In this document: piece by piece, positions 48,912 to 58,261 of the stretch
Layout: every line of letters begins with the position of its first letter
How positions within the stretch are numbered: the first letter of the stretch is position 1
NCBI GenBank assembly: GCA_963794325.1
Contig: CAWCDG010000003.1
Coordinates: 392,792-456,791, forward strand
Direction of reading: 5' to 3'
From: an uncultured delta proteobacterium
Lineage (GTDB): Bacteria; Desulfobacterota; Binatia; Binatales; Binataceae
Length of the DNA stretch: 64,000 bases
Position numbers and translations under genes: made by a program
Notes under the pieces: generated by a model
The model's input: the letters and a program-made list of their open reading frames with translations, nothing else
The model's database searches: none
Told to the model about the DNA's origin: nothing

Positions 48912-50252
48912 TTACGAACTCGCAGTCCGCCATTGACGCGAAATCTCCTCGAGCGACTTCCCCCTGGTCTCAGGAACGTAACCGACAATGAAGATAAACG
49001 CCGCCACTCCCATCGCCGCGTAGAGGAACCAGAGCGACGGTCCCATCGTCGCCTGCAAAACCGGAAATGAAAGGCTGACCAGAAAGTTCGCCATCCAGTT
49101 GGCGGCCGTCGAGACCCCGGCAGCTCGAGCCCGTGCCCGGAGCGGAAAAATTTCCGAAATCATCAGCCAAACGATCGGCCCCAGTGAGAAGGCGAAGCAG
49201 ACGATGTAGATGCCAACGAATCCTACAGTAATCGGCGCGATCCAGTGTTGGTCAATGTCGAACGTGGAACCGAAACGTTGAGCCGCGCCAAGCACGGCCA
49301 GGCTTACCGTCATCCCGATGACTCCGGCCAGGAGCAACGGCCTTCTTCCAACTCTATCGACCAGCCAGATCGCGATCAGCGTGGACATTACGTTGACGAC
49401 GCCGATCCCGGCGGTTGCTGCCAGCGCGGTGGTCGCGCTGTCCAGTCCGGCCTTCTGAAAGATCTGGGGCGCGTAATATATGATCGTGTTGATGCCCGTC
49501 ACTTGCTGGAGAACGGCCAGCCCGACCCCGACCAGAAGCGCCGGACGAAGTCCCGGCATCAGCAGTTCGGACCACGCCACTGGCCGATTCTGTTCGAGGT
49601 CTTCGCGAATCTCTTTTACTTCCGCGTCAATTTCAAACGGAGACCGCACCAGCGAAAGGACGTGCCGCGCGGCTTTTTCCGATCCGGTTTTCAGAAGCCA
49701 CCGTGGCGACTCGGGCATCGCGATCATTCCGATCACCAGCAGCGCGCCGGGGATGAACGCGAGGCCTAGCATCCAGCGCCAAGCATGATCGGGCGCCAAA
49801 GCTCGATCGACAACGTAGGAACCCAAGATGCCGATCGTGATCGCCAGTTGAAAAAGCGATACCAGCTTGCCGCGATTGCGGGCCGGCGACAGCTCCGCGA
49901 TATACATCGGCGCAGCTACCGAGGTCAGCCCGATCGCTAGTCCGATGAGGACGCGACTCGCGATCAGGACGTCGACGTTGGGCGCGATCGCCGAGAAGAT
50001 TGAGCCTGCGACAAAGCTCAAGCCGGCTACAATATTGGTCCAACGTCTGCCGATCCTGTCAGAAGAAGTTCCGCCGGCCAGCGCACCGAACAACGCACCA
50101 AAAGTCACAGCACTGACTACCAGTCCCTGTTCGACAGGCCCGAGATGGAATTCGGGAACGATGAACAACATTGCGCCGGCAATCACGCCGGTATCGAAAC
50201 CGAACAAGAGCCCGCCGACCGCCGCAACTGCGGCTATCAAGGTGATGTACAA
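48912..50252 (-). CDS. Sugar porter family MFS transporter
   Basis: GLLFGFDTG, DRIGRR, PESPRWL, QQVTGINTIIYY, PETRG. Confidence 0.93.
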   Translation of the reverse strand: MYITLIAAVAAVGGLLFGFDTGVIAGAMLFIVPEFHLGPVEQGLVVSAVTFGALFGALAGGTSSDRIGRRWTNIVAGLSFVAGSIFSAIAPNVDVLIASRVLIGLAIGLTSVAAPMYIAELSPARNRGKLVSLFQLAITIGILGSYVVDRALAPDHAWRWMLGLAFIPGALLVIGMIAMPESPRWLLKTGSEKAARHVLSLVRSPFEIDAEVKEIREDLEQNRPVAWSELLMPGLRPALLVGVGLAVLQQVTGINTIIYYAPQIFQKAGLDSATTALAATAGIGVVNVMSTLIAIWLVDRVGRRPLLLAGVIGMTVSLAVLGAAQRFGSTFDIDQHWIAPITVGFVGIYIVCFAFSLGPIVWLMISEIFPLRARARAAGVSTAANWMANFLVSLSFPVLQATMGPSLWFLYAAMGVAAFIFIVGYVPETRGKSLEEISRQWRTASS

Positions 50253-50389
50253 GGTCGCCCTGGACTCCCAAAGTTAGCTGAGCGCGTTTCTTAAACATCG
50301 CGCGGCCTGCGCCTAACGAAGAAATCACTTCCGTCAGCGCGATCCGCCGGAGATCTGTGCTGGCGTGCTCATAGGTCGGATTTAAGCTT

Positions 50390-50600
50390 GGGTCAAGAAC
50401 CCTTCATCGAACGGGCTACCGGCGCAGGGTTCGCACAGCCGATGCCCAAGGCCACTTTGCTGATCAGCTCACGGGCACGAGCGTTGGACAGCGGATGATT
50501 CGGGCCGGCGCGAAACGTCGCGATAGTAGCGCTCCATCGGGAATTTTTTCAGCATCCCGTGGTCGCCTACTACCTCGATGCAGTTACCGCTGCGCGGACC
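50390..50600 (-). pseudogene. 3' fragment of an acyl-CoA-dehydrogenase-fold gene
   Basis: Manual translation: IEVVGDHGMLKKFPMERYYRDV, then shifted RAGPNHPLSNARARELISKVALGIG. Confidence 0.6.
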
Positions 50601-50631
50601 GCGTTGGTGGTCGCGTCTTACTTCGGCAGTT

Positions 50632-50973
50632 CTAAGGCGAGGGCCATTCGATCATCCGGCCGGGCGTGGGAGTGATCGGAGCTTGGTCCCAGGCGGCGCG
50701 AAAGGCCTGCAAGAATGCGGCGGCGCGGAGTTGCGGCAGCGTCACACGCACAACGCAGAAGCTTTTGTGTGTTCTGAGCGCGGCGGCCGCCGCTTCTCCG
50801 AACAGCCGGTCCCGCGTCAGAAGGACGGTAAATTTCGCTTCTGCCGCCACGCTGACCAGACTGCCGTTGCTCAGCATGTTCCAGCCGCGAGCCGCAGCCG
50901 TATCAGCCTCGATAGCCAGGTCTTGTAATAGCTCAACGAGCTGAACCGGCATGTTACCGTCAAGCAGCCACAT
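50632..50973 (-). CDS. DUF5615 PIN-like toxin (VapC45-type)
   Basis: WLLDGNMP, VLLTRDRLF. Confidence 0.8.
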   Translation of the reverse strand: MWLLDGNMPVQLVELLQDLAIEADTAAARGWNMLSNGSLVSVAAEAKFTVLLTRDRLFGEAAAAALRTHKSFCVVRVTLPQLRAAAFLQAFRAAWDQAPITPTPGRMIEWPSP

Positions 50974-51205
50974 GCCCGGAATCGAGCACCTCGGAAGCGA
51001 CTTTCATAATCTCCGGGATTGCTTCTTGCGGAAACGGTCCGTAGGTCTCGGCGATCTCCTTGGTGCTCATGCCCTCGGCCAGACAGGCGAGCACGAACGA
51101 CACCGACAGCCGCGTACCTCGAACTGCGAGTTTGCCGCCCAGCAAGTCCGGGTCGCGGACAATCCAGGTGTATTTTTTGTAGGCCGCAGGCTTCCAATCA
51201 CGCAT
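50960..51205 (-). CDS. DUF433 antitoxin (VapB45-type)
   Basis: IVRDPDLLGGKLAVRGTRLSV, EIAETY. Confidence 0.88.
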   Translation of the reverse strand: MRDWKPAAYKKYTWIVRDPDLLGGKLAVRGTRLSVSFVLACLAEGMSTKEIAETYGPFPQEAIPEIMKVASEVLDSGHVAA

Positions 51206-51323
51206 GGTTCTTCACCGCCGCTGATTCTACTCCAGCTCCATTCGCAGCGCGAAGCGTACAGGCAGCGCGCGTCAAACGAGATCAATCCCGGACGTGCAGG
51301 TTATATATCGCGGCAGTTGGTTC

Positions 51324-52730
51324 CTACTTGCCGGCAGGATTTCCTGCGGGGGCGTCGGACGGGGTGGGGGCGGGCGCCGCTTGCGCCATCATCAGGCGCT
51401 GTGCGTATGGCATGATCGTCGTGAACAGATCGACTTGCGAATCGAGCGATTTTCCGAGTCCGCTCAGCAGACCCATCATGCGCCCGACCAGCAGCACATC
51501 GGCGGGGACCTCGACGACCGGATTGGCGCGTATTGCGCGCGGGAGTTCCTCGTTGAACTGCTCGATGAGATCCTTGTCCGCGTACGCCTTTTTCGCCTTG
51601 ATAGTGCTGCCGAGAAACAAATCCGCAAACGCCAGCAGCGTGTCGGGATTGCCGTTGCGCGTGCGGAAGCCAAGCTCGTGGAACGCGGCGATGATCCCTT
51701 CGCGATTCACCGTAAGGATCGAAAAAGTCAGCCGCACAATCCCGTCGCGAAACGTCGGCGGAAAATCCTTGGCCAGACCGAAATCGAGCAGCACGATTTT
51801 CGGGCCCGGCTGAATCAGGATGTTGCCGGGATGCGGGTCGGCATGGAAAAAACCGTCGCGCAAAACCTGGTCGCAGAAAATTTCCGTAAGTTTCTGCGCA
51901 ACCACATGCTTGTCGATCCCCGCGCGCTCGAGCGCGTCGATATCAGTGATCTTTATGCCCTCGGCCAGTTCCATCGTGAGCACGCGACGCGTCGTGAACT
52001 CGCGATAAACCTCGGGGACGATCACGGCGGGGTCCGCGGCGAAGTTGCGACGCATCGTGGCGGAGTTGTCCGCCTCGTGAATGAAATCCAGCTCCATCGG
52101 GATGTACTTGAGCGCCTCGCGCATCAGCACGCGATAGTCGAAGTCGCGCTCGAGCTTCGCGAGCCAATAGAGCACCGTGGTCATGTTGCGGAGATCGGCG
52201 CGTACGATGCCGTCGATCCCCGGGTACTGAACTTTCACCGCGCATCGACGGCCGTCGTGAAGGCGCGCCTGATGCACCTGGGCGAGCGACGCCGACGCCA
52301 GCGGCACAGGATCGAACTCGGCGTAAACGTCCCCGAGCAGCCGGCCAAGTTCGCGCTCGACCTGCTCGCGGATCATCGCAAATGGCCGCGGCGGAACACG
52401 ATCGTGCAAGCCCGAGAGGGTGTTAACCCATTCGTCGGGCAGCACGTCGGCGCGAGTCGCGATAAACTGGCATGCCTTGATCAGCAAACCTTCGAGGCGC
52501 AGCGCCGTATGGTTGAGCGCCTGCGCCGCGCGAAGATCCTGGCGTCGGTATAGTTCAGGCTTGTTGCTGTCGTCGATGTATCGGGTCCACAGCTGCGTGC
52601 CCTTGTAGCCGGCGTACACGTACGCCGCGAGCCATACGACGTTCGAAAATCGCCACGCACGCGTCGCGAGACCGGGTTCGGGCACGTCGGCGGGAAAATC
52701 GAAACTGCGATCGAGGCTCGTGTTGTTCAT
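51324..52730 (-). CDS. ABC1/AarF/UbiB family kinase
   Basis: ASASLAQVH, AVKVQYPG, ELDF, FHADPHPGN, LLDFG. Confidence 0.92.
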   Translation of the reverse strand: MNNTSLDRSFDFPADVPEPGLATRAWRFSNVVWLAAYVYAGYKGTQLWTRYIDDSNKPELYRRQDLRAAQALNHTALRLEGLLIKACQFIATRADVLPDEWVNTLSGLHDRVPPRPFAMIREQVERELGRLLGDVYAEFDPVPLASASLAQVHQARLHDGRRCAVKVQYPGIDGIVRADLRNMTTVLYWLAKLERDFDYRVLMREALKYIPMELDFIHEADNSATMRRNFAADPAVIVPEVYREFTTRRVLTMELAEGIKITDIDALERAGIDKHVVAQKLTEIFCDQVLRDGFFHADPHPGNILIQPGPKIVLLDFGLAKDFPPTFRDGIVRLTFSILTVNREGIIAAFHELGFRTRNGNPDTLLAFADLFLGSTIKAKKAYADKDLIEQFNEELPRAIRANPVVEVPADVLLVGRMMGLLSGLGKSLDSQVDLFTTIMPYAQRLMMAQAAPAPTPSDAPAGNPAGK

Positions 52731-52814
52731 GCAGAGACTTCGGACGATTAAATGCTACGTGATGCGTGCGATTCTGAGAACCGGGACAGCTTGTTTAGCT
52801 TCCCTACAAGGCGC

Positions 52815-52844
52815 TTGACTGACAGCCGCGCGTTCGAATATGGT
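52815..52844 (+). promoter_or_regulatory. Putative sigma70 promoter
   Basis: TTGACT-18 bp-TATGGT immediately before a structured region. Confidence 0.5.
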
Positions 52845-52850
52845 GTCGGT

Positions 52851-52976
52851 CGTGAAGCCGAGTCCTAATGTACGTCGAGTCCCCAATTCAATTAAGGTCC
52901 TCCTGAATTGAGACGGACATTGATACTTGGCTCTAAAAAGCCCCGGGCGCTTACGAGCCCCGGGGCTTTTGCTTTT
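52851..52976 (+). ncRNA. Candidate structured small RNA or leader RNA of unknown family
   Basis: Long bulged hairpin 52856-52932 (AGCCGAGT/ACTTGGCT, TAATGT/ACATTG, CGTC/GACG, CAATTCA/TGAATTG) followed by a terminator. Confidence 0.55.
52936..52976 (+). terminator. Intrinsic terminator (bidirectional form)
   Basis: AAAAGCCCCGGG...CCCGGGGCTTTT GCTTTT. Confidence 0.8.
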
Positions 52977-52984
52977 GGCGCAGA

Positions 52985-54256
52985 ATGCGCGAGGAAATTT
53001 CGGTGGAAATCGCACGGCCGCACGCTCCGACAATTCGCGATATCATTCGCCGCTACTACACGGTATGGGGCATGTACTCGTTCGCCGGCGGATTCCTGTT
53101 CGGCGTCTATCCGATTTTCCTGCGCTCGCGCGGGCTCGACCAGTTCCAGATAAACAGCGTCCTCGCGACGTACTTCCTCGTCCTGTTCCTGACCGACGTG
53201 CCCACCGGCGCGTTCGCCGACCTGCTCGGCAGGCGCCGCTCGTTCGTGCTTGGCGCGTTCCTGCGCGTCTTCGCCTTCCTGCTCTATTTCGTGGCGCATC
53301 ATTACTATGTCTTCATCATCGCCGAGAGCATCGACGGTATCGGCACGACCTTCGGCAACGGCGCGATTGACGCGTGGGGCGTCGACGCGCTCGATGACGC
53401 CGGCTACGACGGACTCAAGGACCGGCTCTTCTCGCGCATCTCGCAACTGACGACGATCGGCTTCATGGGATCGGCGATGATCGGCGCATACGTCGCCGAC
53501 GTGAATATCTCATGGCCCTGGATTCTTGGCGCGGGCGGTTACGTTGTCGCCGGCGCGGTCGGCGCATTCCTGATGCATGACGAGCGTCCGCACGCGACCA
53601 CGGTGCGCATCGCGGCTATACCACGGAGAATCGCGGAAAACGTCAGCGGCGGCATCCGTGCCGGACTCGGCGCATACACGGTCCTGATGCTGAGTATCGC
53701 GAACGCGATCACCTTCGCAGCGTGGGCGCCGTACTGGGTCTCGTGGCCCATAATGTTCAACGAGAGCCTGGCGGTGGGCGTGTGGATCATCGGATGGATC
53801 TACTGCGGCCTGTCCGCGGCGCGGCTTATCGGCGCCGAAGTAAGCGCGCGGCTCGCGGTCGACGAGGATCAGCGCGCGGCGCGGGTCAGCATGCTGGTAA
53901 TCGCGGCGAGTGCGATGCTGTTCCTGGCCGGACTCTTCGGCGGACGGCCGGTGGTTTCGCTTGCGATGCTGTTCATCATGAACCTGTTCACCGGCGCGAT
54001 GATGCCGCTGGTGCAGAGCTGGTTCAACGAGCAGCTCGAGTCGGGCAATCGCGCGACACTGCTGTCGTTCAACAGCACCTTCCAGACAATGGGCGGCGCA
54101 GTCGGCTTGCTGTTCGCCGGCCGAATCGCGGACACGGCGGGCATCCCGTTCGAATGGCAAATCGCGGGGCTCCTCTCGTTAGCCGCTGCGCCTGTTTATT
54201 GGGCGACGCGGCGTCGCGAGAGCGCAGAGGTCGCGCTGGCGGGGTCGGCGAAGTGA
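52985..54256 (+). CDS. MFS transporter
   Basis: VPTGAFADLLGRRRS, RATLLS; about 12 TM segments. Confidence 0.88.
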   Translation: MREEISVEIARPHAPTIRDIIRRYYTVWGMYSFAGGFLFGVYPIFLRSRGLDQFQINSVLATYFLVLFLTDVPTGAFADLLGRRRSFVLGAFLRVFAFLLYFVAHHYYVFIIAESIDGIGTTFGNGAIDAWGVDALDDAGYDGLKDRLFSRISQLTTIGFMGSAMIGAYVADVNISWPWILGAGGYVVAGAVGAFLMHDERPHATTVRIAAIPRRIAENVSGGIRAGLGAYTVLMLSIANAITFAAWAPYWVSWPIMFNESLAVGVWIIGWIYCGLSAARLIGAEVSARLAVDEDQRAARVSMLVIAASAMLFLAGLFGGRPVVSLAMLFIMNLFTGAMMPLVQSWFNEQLESGNRATLLSFNSTFQTMGGAVGLLFAGRIADTAGIPFEWQIAGLLSLAAAPVYWATRRRESAEVALAGSAK

Positions 54257-54282
54257 GCGGCTGGACTCGCGAAGGATCCGAA

Positions 54283-54533
54283 GAACCTAACCCCTAACCC
54301 CTTCCCGAGCGGGAAGGGGAACCGGATTATGGAGAGTAACCTCTTCCCGAGCGGGAAGGGGAACCGGAGGTTTCGTCGCAATCGCGTCGTCCTATCCCCC
54401 TCACCCCCTTTCCGACGCGGAAAGGGGGAACAGAGGCAGAGAGGTGGCGCGGTCCTGTCTTTCAACTTTTAATACCAGGTGCAGGGGTCACCCCTGCCGA
54501 AGGAAGCGTGAAACCCACCGTGGGTTTCACTAC
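54283..54533. repeat. Repeat cluster: family A copies (reverse), a related CCCCTCACCCCCTTTCC..GGAAAGGGGG variant, and a family B long form
   Basis: Direct comparison with the other copies. Confidence 0.85.
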
Positions 54534-54600
54534 AATTACGTTCCTATTTCCTCATCCCCACTAGCGGCGTACTCGGGGGTCCGTTAAAACTTATAGCTCG

Positions 54601-55809
54601 ATGGATTTCCCACGAATCAAGCGGCTGCCACCCTACGTCTTCAACGCGATCGGTGAATTGTGCCTGCAGGCGCGACGCGCCGGTGAGGACATTATCGATT
54701 TCGGGATGGGTAATCCTGACGAGCCGACGCCGCCGCATATCGTGGCGAAGCTGGTCGAGGCGGCCACCAAGAACGCGAACCATCGCTACTCGGTCTCGCG
54801 CGGCGTGTTCAAGCTGCGGCTGGCGATCTGCGATTGGTACAAGCGGCGGTACGGAGTCGAGCTCGATCCCGATTCGGAAGCGATCGTCACGATTGGATCG
54901 AAGGAGGGCATCGCGCATCTGGCGCTGGCGATTCTCGATCAGGGCGACGTGGTGCTCGCGCCGACGCCGACCTATCCGATTCATCAGTACGGATGCATCA
55001 TTGCGGGCGCGCAGGTGCAGGGCGTGCCGATTCGGCGCGGCGAGGAATTTTTCGACGAGCTGATGGCGACGGTCAATCGATGCTGGCCGCGGCCGAAGTT
55101 TCTCATCATGAACTTTCCGCATAACCCGACCACCGCGACAGTCGATTTGCACTTCATGAATCGGGTGGTCGAGTTCGCGCGCGAAAACGACATCATGGTC
55201 GCGCAGGATTTCGCGTATGCGGATCTGTGCTTCGACGGATACAAGGCGCCGTCGATGATGCAGGTGCCTGGCGCGAAGGACATCGGCGTCGAGTTCTTCA
55301 CGCTGTCGAAAAGCTACAATATGCCGGGCTGGCGCGTGGGATTCGCGGTGGGCAATCGCGAGATGATCGCCGCGCTCGGGCGGCTGAAATCTTATTTCGA
55401 CTACGGGATGTTCGCGCCGGTGCAGGTCGCGGCGATCGCGGCGCTCAACGGGCCGCAGGAATGTGTCGCGGAGATCAATGCGACCTACAAGCGGCGGCGC
55501 GACGTGCTCGTCGATGGGCTCAATCGCGCCGGGTGGCCGGTTGAAAAACCAAAGGCCACGATGTTCGTATGGGCGCCGATTCCGGAGCCGTTCCGCGCGA
55601 TGGGCTCGCTCGAGTTCGCCAAGTTCCTGCTCGCTGAGGCCAAGGTCGCGGTCTCGCCGGGCGTTGGCTTCGGGCAGGACGGCGACGGCTTCGTGCGCTT
55701 TGCGCTGATCGAGAACGAGCATCGCACGCGCCAGGCGCTCCGCGGAATTCGTCACGCGCTGCGTGCCGGTCATCCAGAAATTCCGGTGCGCGCAGCCAGC
55801 GGCTCCTGA
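54601..55809 (+). CDS. alaC: PLP-dependent class I aminotransferase, AlaC-like
   Basis: [48 protein letters not shown]. Confidence 0.85.
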   Translation: MDFPRIKRLPPYVFNAIGELCLQARRAGEDIIDFGMGNPDEPTPPHIVAKLVEAATKNANHRYSVSRGVFKLRLAICDWYKRRYGVELDPDSEAIVTIGSKEGIAHLALAILDQGDVVLAPTPTYPIHQYGCIIAGAQVQGVPIRRGEEFFDELMATVNRCWPRPKFLIMNFPHNPTTATVDLHFMNRVVEFARENDIMVAQDFAYADLCFDGYKAPSMMQVPGAKDIGVEFFTLSKSYNMPGWRVGFAVGNREMIAALGRLKSYFDYGMFAPVQVAAIAALNGPQECVAEINATYKRRRDVLVDGLNRAGWPVEKPKATMFVWAPIPEPFRAMGSLEFAKFLLAEAKVAVSPGVGFGQDGDGFVRFALIENEHRTRQALRGIRHALRAGHPEIPVRAASGS

Positions 55810-55838
55810 GCGCAATCGCGAAAGCATCGGGGGAACAG

Positions 55839-57146
55839 TTGAAACCGGTACGGATTGCCTTGCTCGGATGCGGAACCGTCGGCGGCGGCGTGGTCAAGTT
55901 GCTGCTGCGCAATCCCGATAAGTACGAGCGCATCCTCGGCGCGCCGCTCGAGTTGGCGGGCGTCGCGGATCGAAGCCTCAAGCCCGACGAGGTGCCGGGC
56001 CTGCCCGCGAAGTTGATCACGCGCGATGCGGCGACGCTGGTCGCTCGTCCCGACATCGACATTGTGGTCGAGCTGTTTGGCGGCCATGAGCCCGCGCGCG
56101 CGCTGATCATGAAGGCGCTCGCGGCGGGCAAGGACGTCGTCACCGGCAACAAAGCATTGCTCGCGGAGCATGGCGGCGAAATTTTTCGCGCGGCCGGCAA
56201 GCGCGGCCTTGCAGTAGGCTTCGAGGCCAGCGTCGGCGGCGGTGTGCCGATCATCCGCACGCTGCGCGAGGCGCTCGCGGGAGATCGCCAGCGCGCCGTT
56301 TACGGAATCGTCAACGGCACCTGCAACTCGATTCTCACCACGATGACGGAGAGCGGCGTTGAGTTCGGCAGCGCGCTCGCGGACGCGCAGAAAAAGGGCC
56401 TGGCCGAGGCGAATCCCGCGACCGATGTCGAGGGACACGACTCGGCGCACAAGCTTTGCCTGCTGGTGACGCTGGCGTTTGGCGTGCTCGTGAAACCCGC
56501 CCAGGTTTACACCGAAGGCATCACGCGAATTACCCAGGCCGATATCGAGTACGCGCGCGAGCTTGGATGCGTGATCAAGCTGCTCGCGATTGGCAAGGAT
56601 GACGACGGCGCGATCGAGGCGCGAGTGCATCCCACGATGATCCCGCAGCGTCATCTGCTAGCGGGCGTCGGCGGTGCGTTCAACGCGATCTATATCCACG
56701 GCGACGCGCTTGGCGCGACAATGTATTCCGGGCTCGGCGCGGGCGAGATGCCGTCGGCGACCGCGGTGATGGCGGACGTACTGGAAATCGCGCGGCATCG
56801 ATTGGCCGCGGGCTCGGCGCGAACGCATGCGTTCGGATTTCCGATTCATCTGATGAAAGGCGCCAGTGTCAAGCCGATGGACGACGTGGTATGCGAGTAT
56901 TATCTGCGGTTCACGGCGCGGGATAAGCCCGGGGTGCTCGGCGCGATTGCGTCGGTGCTCGGCAAGCACGGTCTGTCGATCGCGTCGGTGATCCAGAAGG
57001 ATCGTGGCTCTGCGCGCGAGGTGCCGGTTATCATGCGGACTCATGACGCGCCCGAACGCAGCCTGAAACGCGCGCTGGCGGAGATTCGTAAGAAGAAAAT
57101 CGTGCACTCGGCCCCCGCGTTTATACGAATCGAGGAGAATCTTTAG
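55839..57146 (+). CDS. hom: Homoserine dehydrogenase with C-terminal ACT domain
   Basis: GCGTVG, VVTGNK, FEASVGGGVP, GIVNGT, DKPGVLG. Confidence 0.95.
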   Translation: MKPVRIALLGCGTVGGGVVKLLLRNPDKYERILGAPLELAGVADRSLKPDEVPGLPAKLITRDAATLVARPDIDIVVELFGGHEPARALIMKALAAGKDVVTGNKALLAEHGGEIFRAAGKRGLAVGFEASVGGGVPIIRTLREALAGDRQRAVYGIVNGTCNSILTTMTESGVEFGSALADAQKKGLAEANPATDVEGHDSAHKLCLLVTLAFGVLVKPAQVYTEGITRITQADIEYARELGCVIKLLAIGKDDDGAIEARVHPTMIPQRHLLAGVGGAFNAIYIHGDALGATMYSGLGAGEMPSATAVMADVLEIARHRLAAGSARTHAFGFPIHLMKGASVKPMDDVVCEYYLRFTARDKPGVLGAIASVLGKHGLSIASVIQKDRGSAREVPVIMRTHDAPERSLKRALAEIRKKKIVHSAPAFIRIEENL

Positions 57147-57149
57147 GCG

Positions 57150-58253
57150 ATGGCGTCGGACTCGAAAGGCGGATCGAAAAATCGGCGGCTGTTTCACTGG
57201 CCCGGGCTTATCGAGCACTATCGGCGCTTCCTGCCGGTGACCGATTCGATGCCGGTTGTCACGCTCAACGAGGGCAACACGCCGCTTATCGAGGCGCCGG
57301 CGATCGCGGATCGGCTCGGATTAAACATCAAGGTTTACTTTAAGTTCGAAGGCGCCAATCCGACCGGCTCGTTCAAGGATCGCGGCATGACGCTGGCGAT
57401 CTCGAAAGCGCTCGGCGAGGGCGCGCGCGCCGTAATCTGCGCATCGACCGGCAACACGGCGGCGTCCGCGGCGGCATATGCCGGACGCGCGGGACTTAAG
57501 GCGTTCGTGCTGATTCCAAAGGGCGCGGTCGCGCTGGGCAAGCTGTCGCAAAGCGTGATGCATGGCGCGCGTGTGCTCGAGGTGATCGGAAACTTCGACA
57601 TCTGCTTGAAGGTCGTGCGCGATGTCGCCGAACGCGACCCGGTCAAGATTCGCCTCGTGAACAGCGTCAATCCCGATCGAATCGCGGGACAGAAGACCGC
57701 GGCCTTCGAGATTTGCGATCAACTTGGCGACGCGCCGACCCATCATTTTCTGCCGGTCGGCAACGCCGGCAACATTACCGCGTACTGGGCTGGCTACCAG
57801 GAATATAAGTCGGTCGGACTGAGCGAGCGCGTTCCGAAGATGATGGGCTATCAGGCAGCCGAGTCGGCGCCGATTGTCGTCGGTCATCCGATTGACGATC
57901 CGCACACCGTGGCGACCGCGATCAAAATCGGCAATCCCGCGAGCTGGAAGGGCGCGACCACCGCCCGCGACGAATCAGGCGGTATCATCGACATCGTCAC
58001 CGACTCGGATATCCTCGCCGCGTATCGGCTGATCGCTGCGGGCGGTATTTTCGCGGAGCCGGCATCGGCGGCTTCCGTCGCGGGCCTGTTGAAATACGCG
58101 GGCTCCGGTCAGCTCAAGCCGGGCTCGGTCGTCGTATGCACGCTCACCGGCCACGGCCTGAAGGATCCCGACACGGCGCTGAAAAATCTAAGCAACACAA
58201 TCGTGGTCGAACCGGACATCGCGAAAGTGCTGAAAATCCTGGAGCGCGAATAA
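57150..58253 (+). CDS. thrC: Threonine synthase
   Basis: EGNTPL, NPTGSFKDRG, ASTGNT, PVGNAGN, TGHGLKD. Confidence 0.95.
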   Translation: MASDSKGGSKNRRLFHWPGLIEHYRRFLPVTDSMPVVTLNEGNTPLIEAPAIADRLGLNIKVYFKFEGANPTGSFKDRGMTLAISKALGEGARAVICASTGNTAASAAAYAGRAGLKAFVLIPKGAVALGKLSQSVMHGARVLEVIGNFDICLKVVRDVAERDPVKIRLVNSVNPDRIAGQKTAAFEICDQLGDAPTHHFLPVGNAGNITAYWAGYQEYKSVGLSERVPKMMGYQAAESAPIVVGHPIDDPHTVATAIKIGNPASWKGATTARDESGGIIDIVTDSDILAAYRLIAAGGIFAEPASAASVAGLLKYAGSGQLKPGSVVVCTLTGHGLKDPDTALKNLSNTIVVEPDIAKVLKILERE

Positions 58254-58261
58254 GCGGCTCG

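Noticed and set aside
52851-52976. Assignment of the structured RNA as 6S or SRP RNA
   Set aside because: Too short for a typical 6S with a central bubble and lacks the SRP CAGG-GRAA-AGCAG core; left unassigned.
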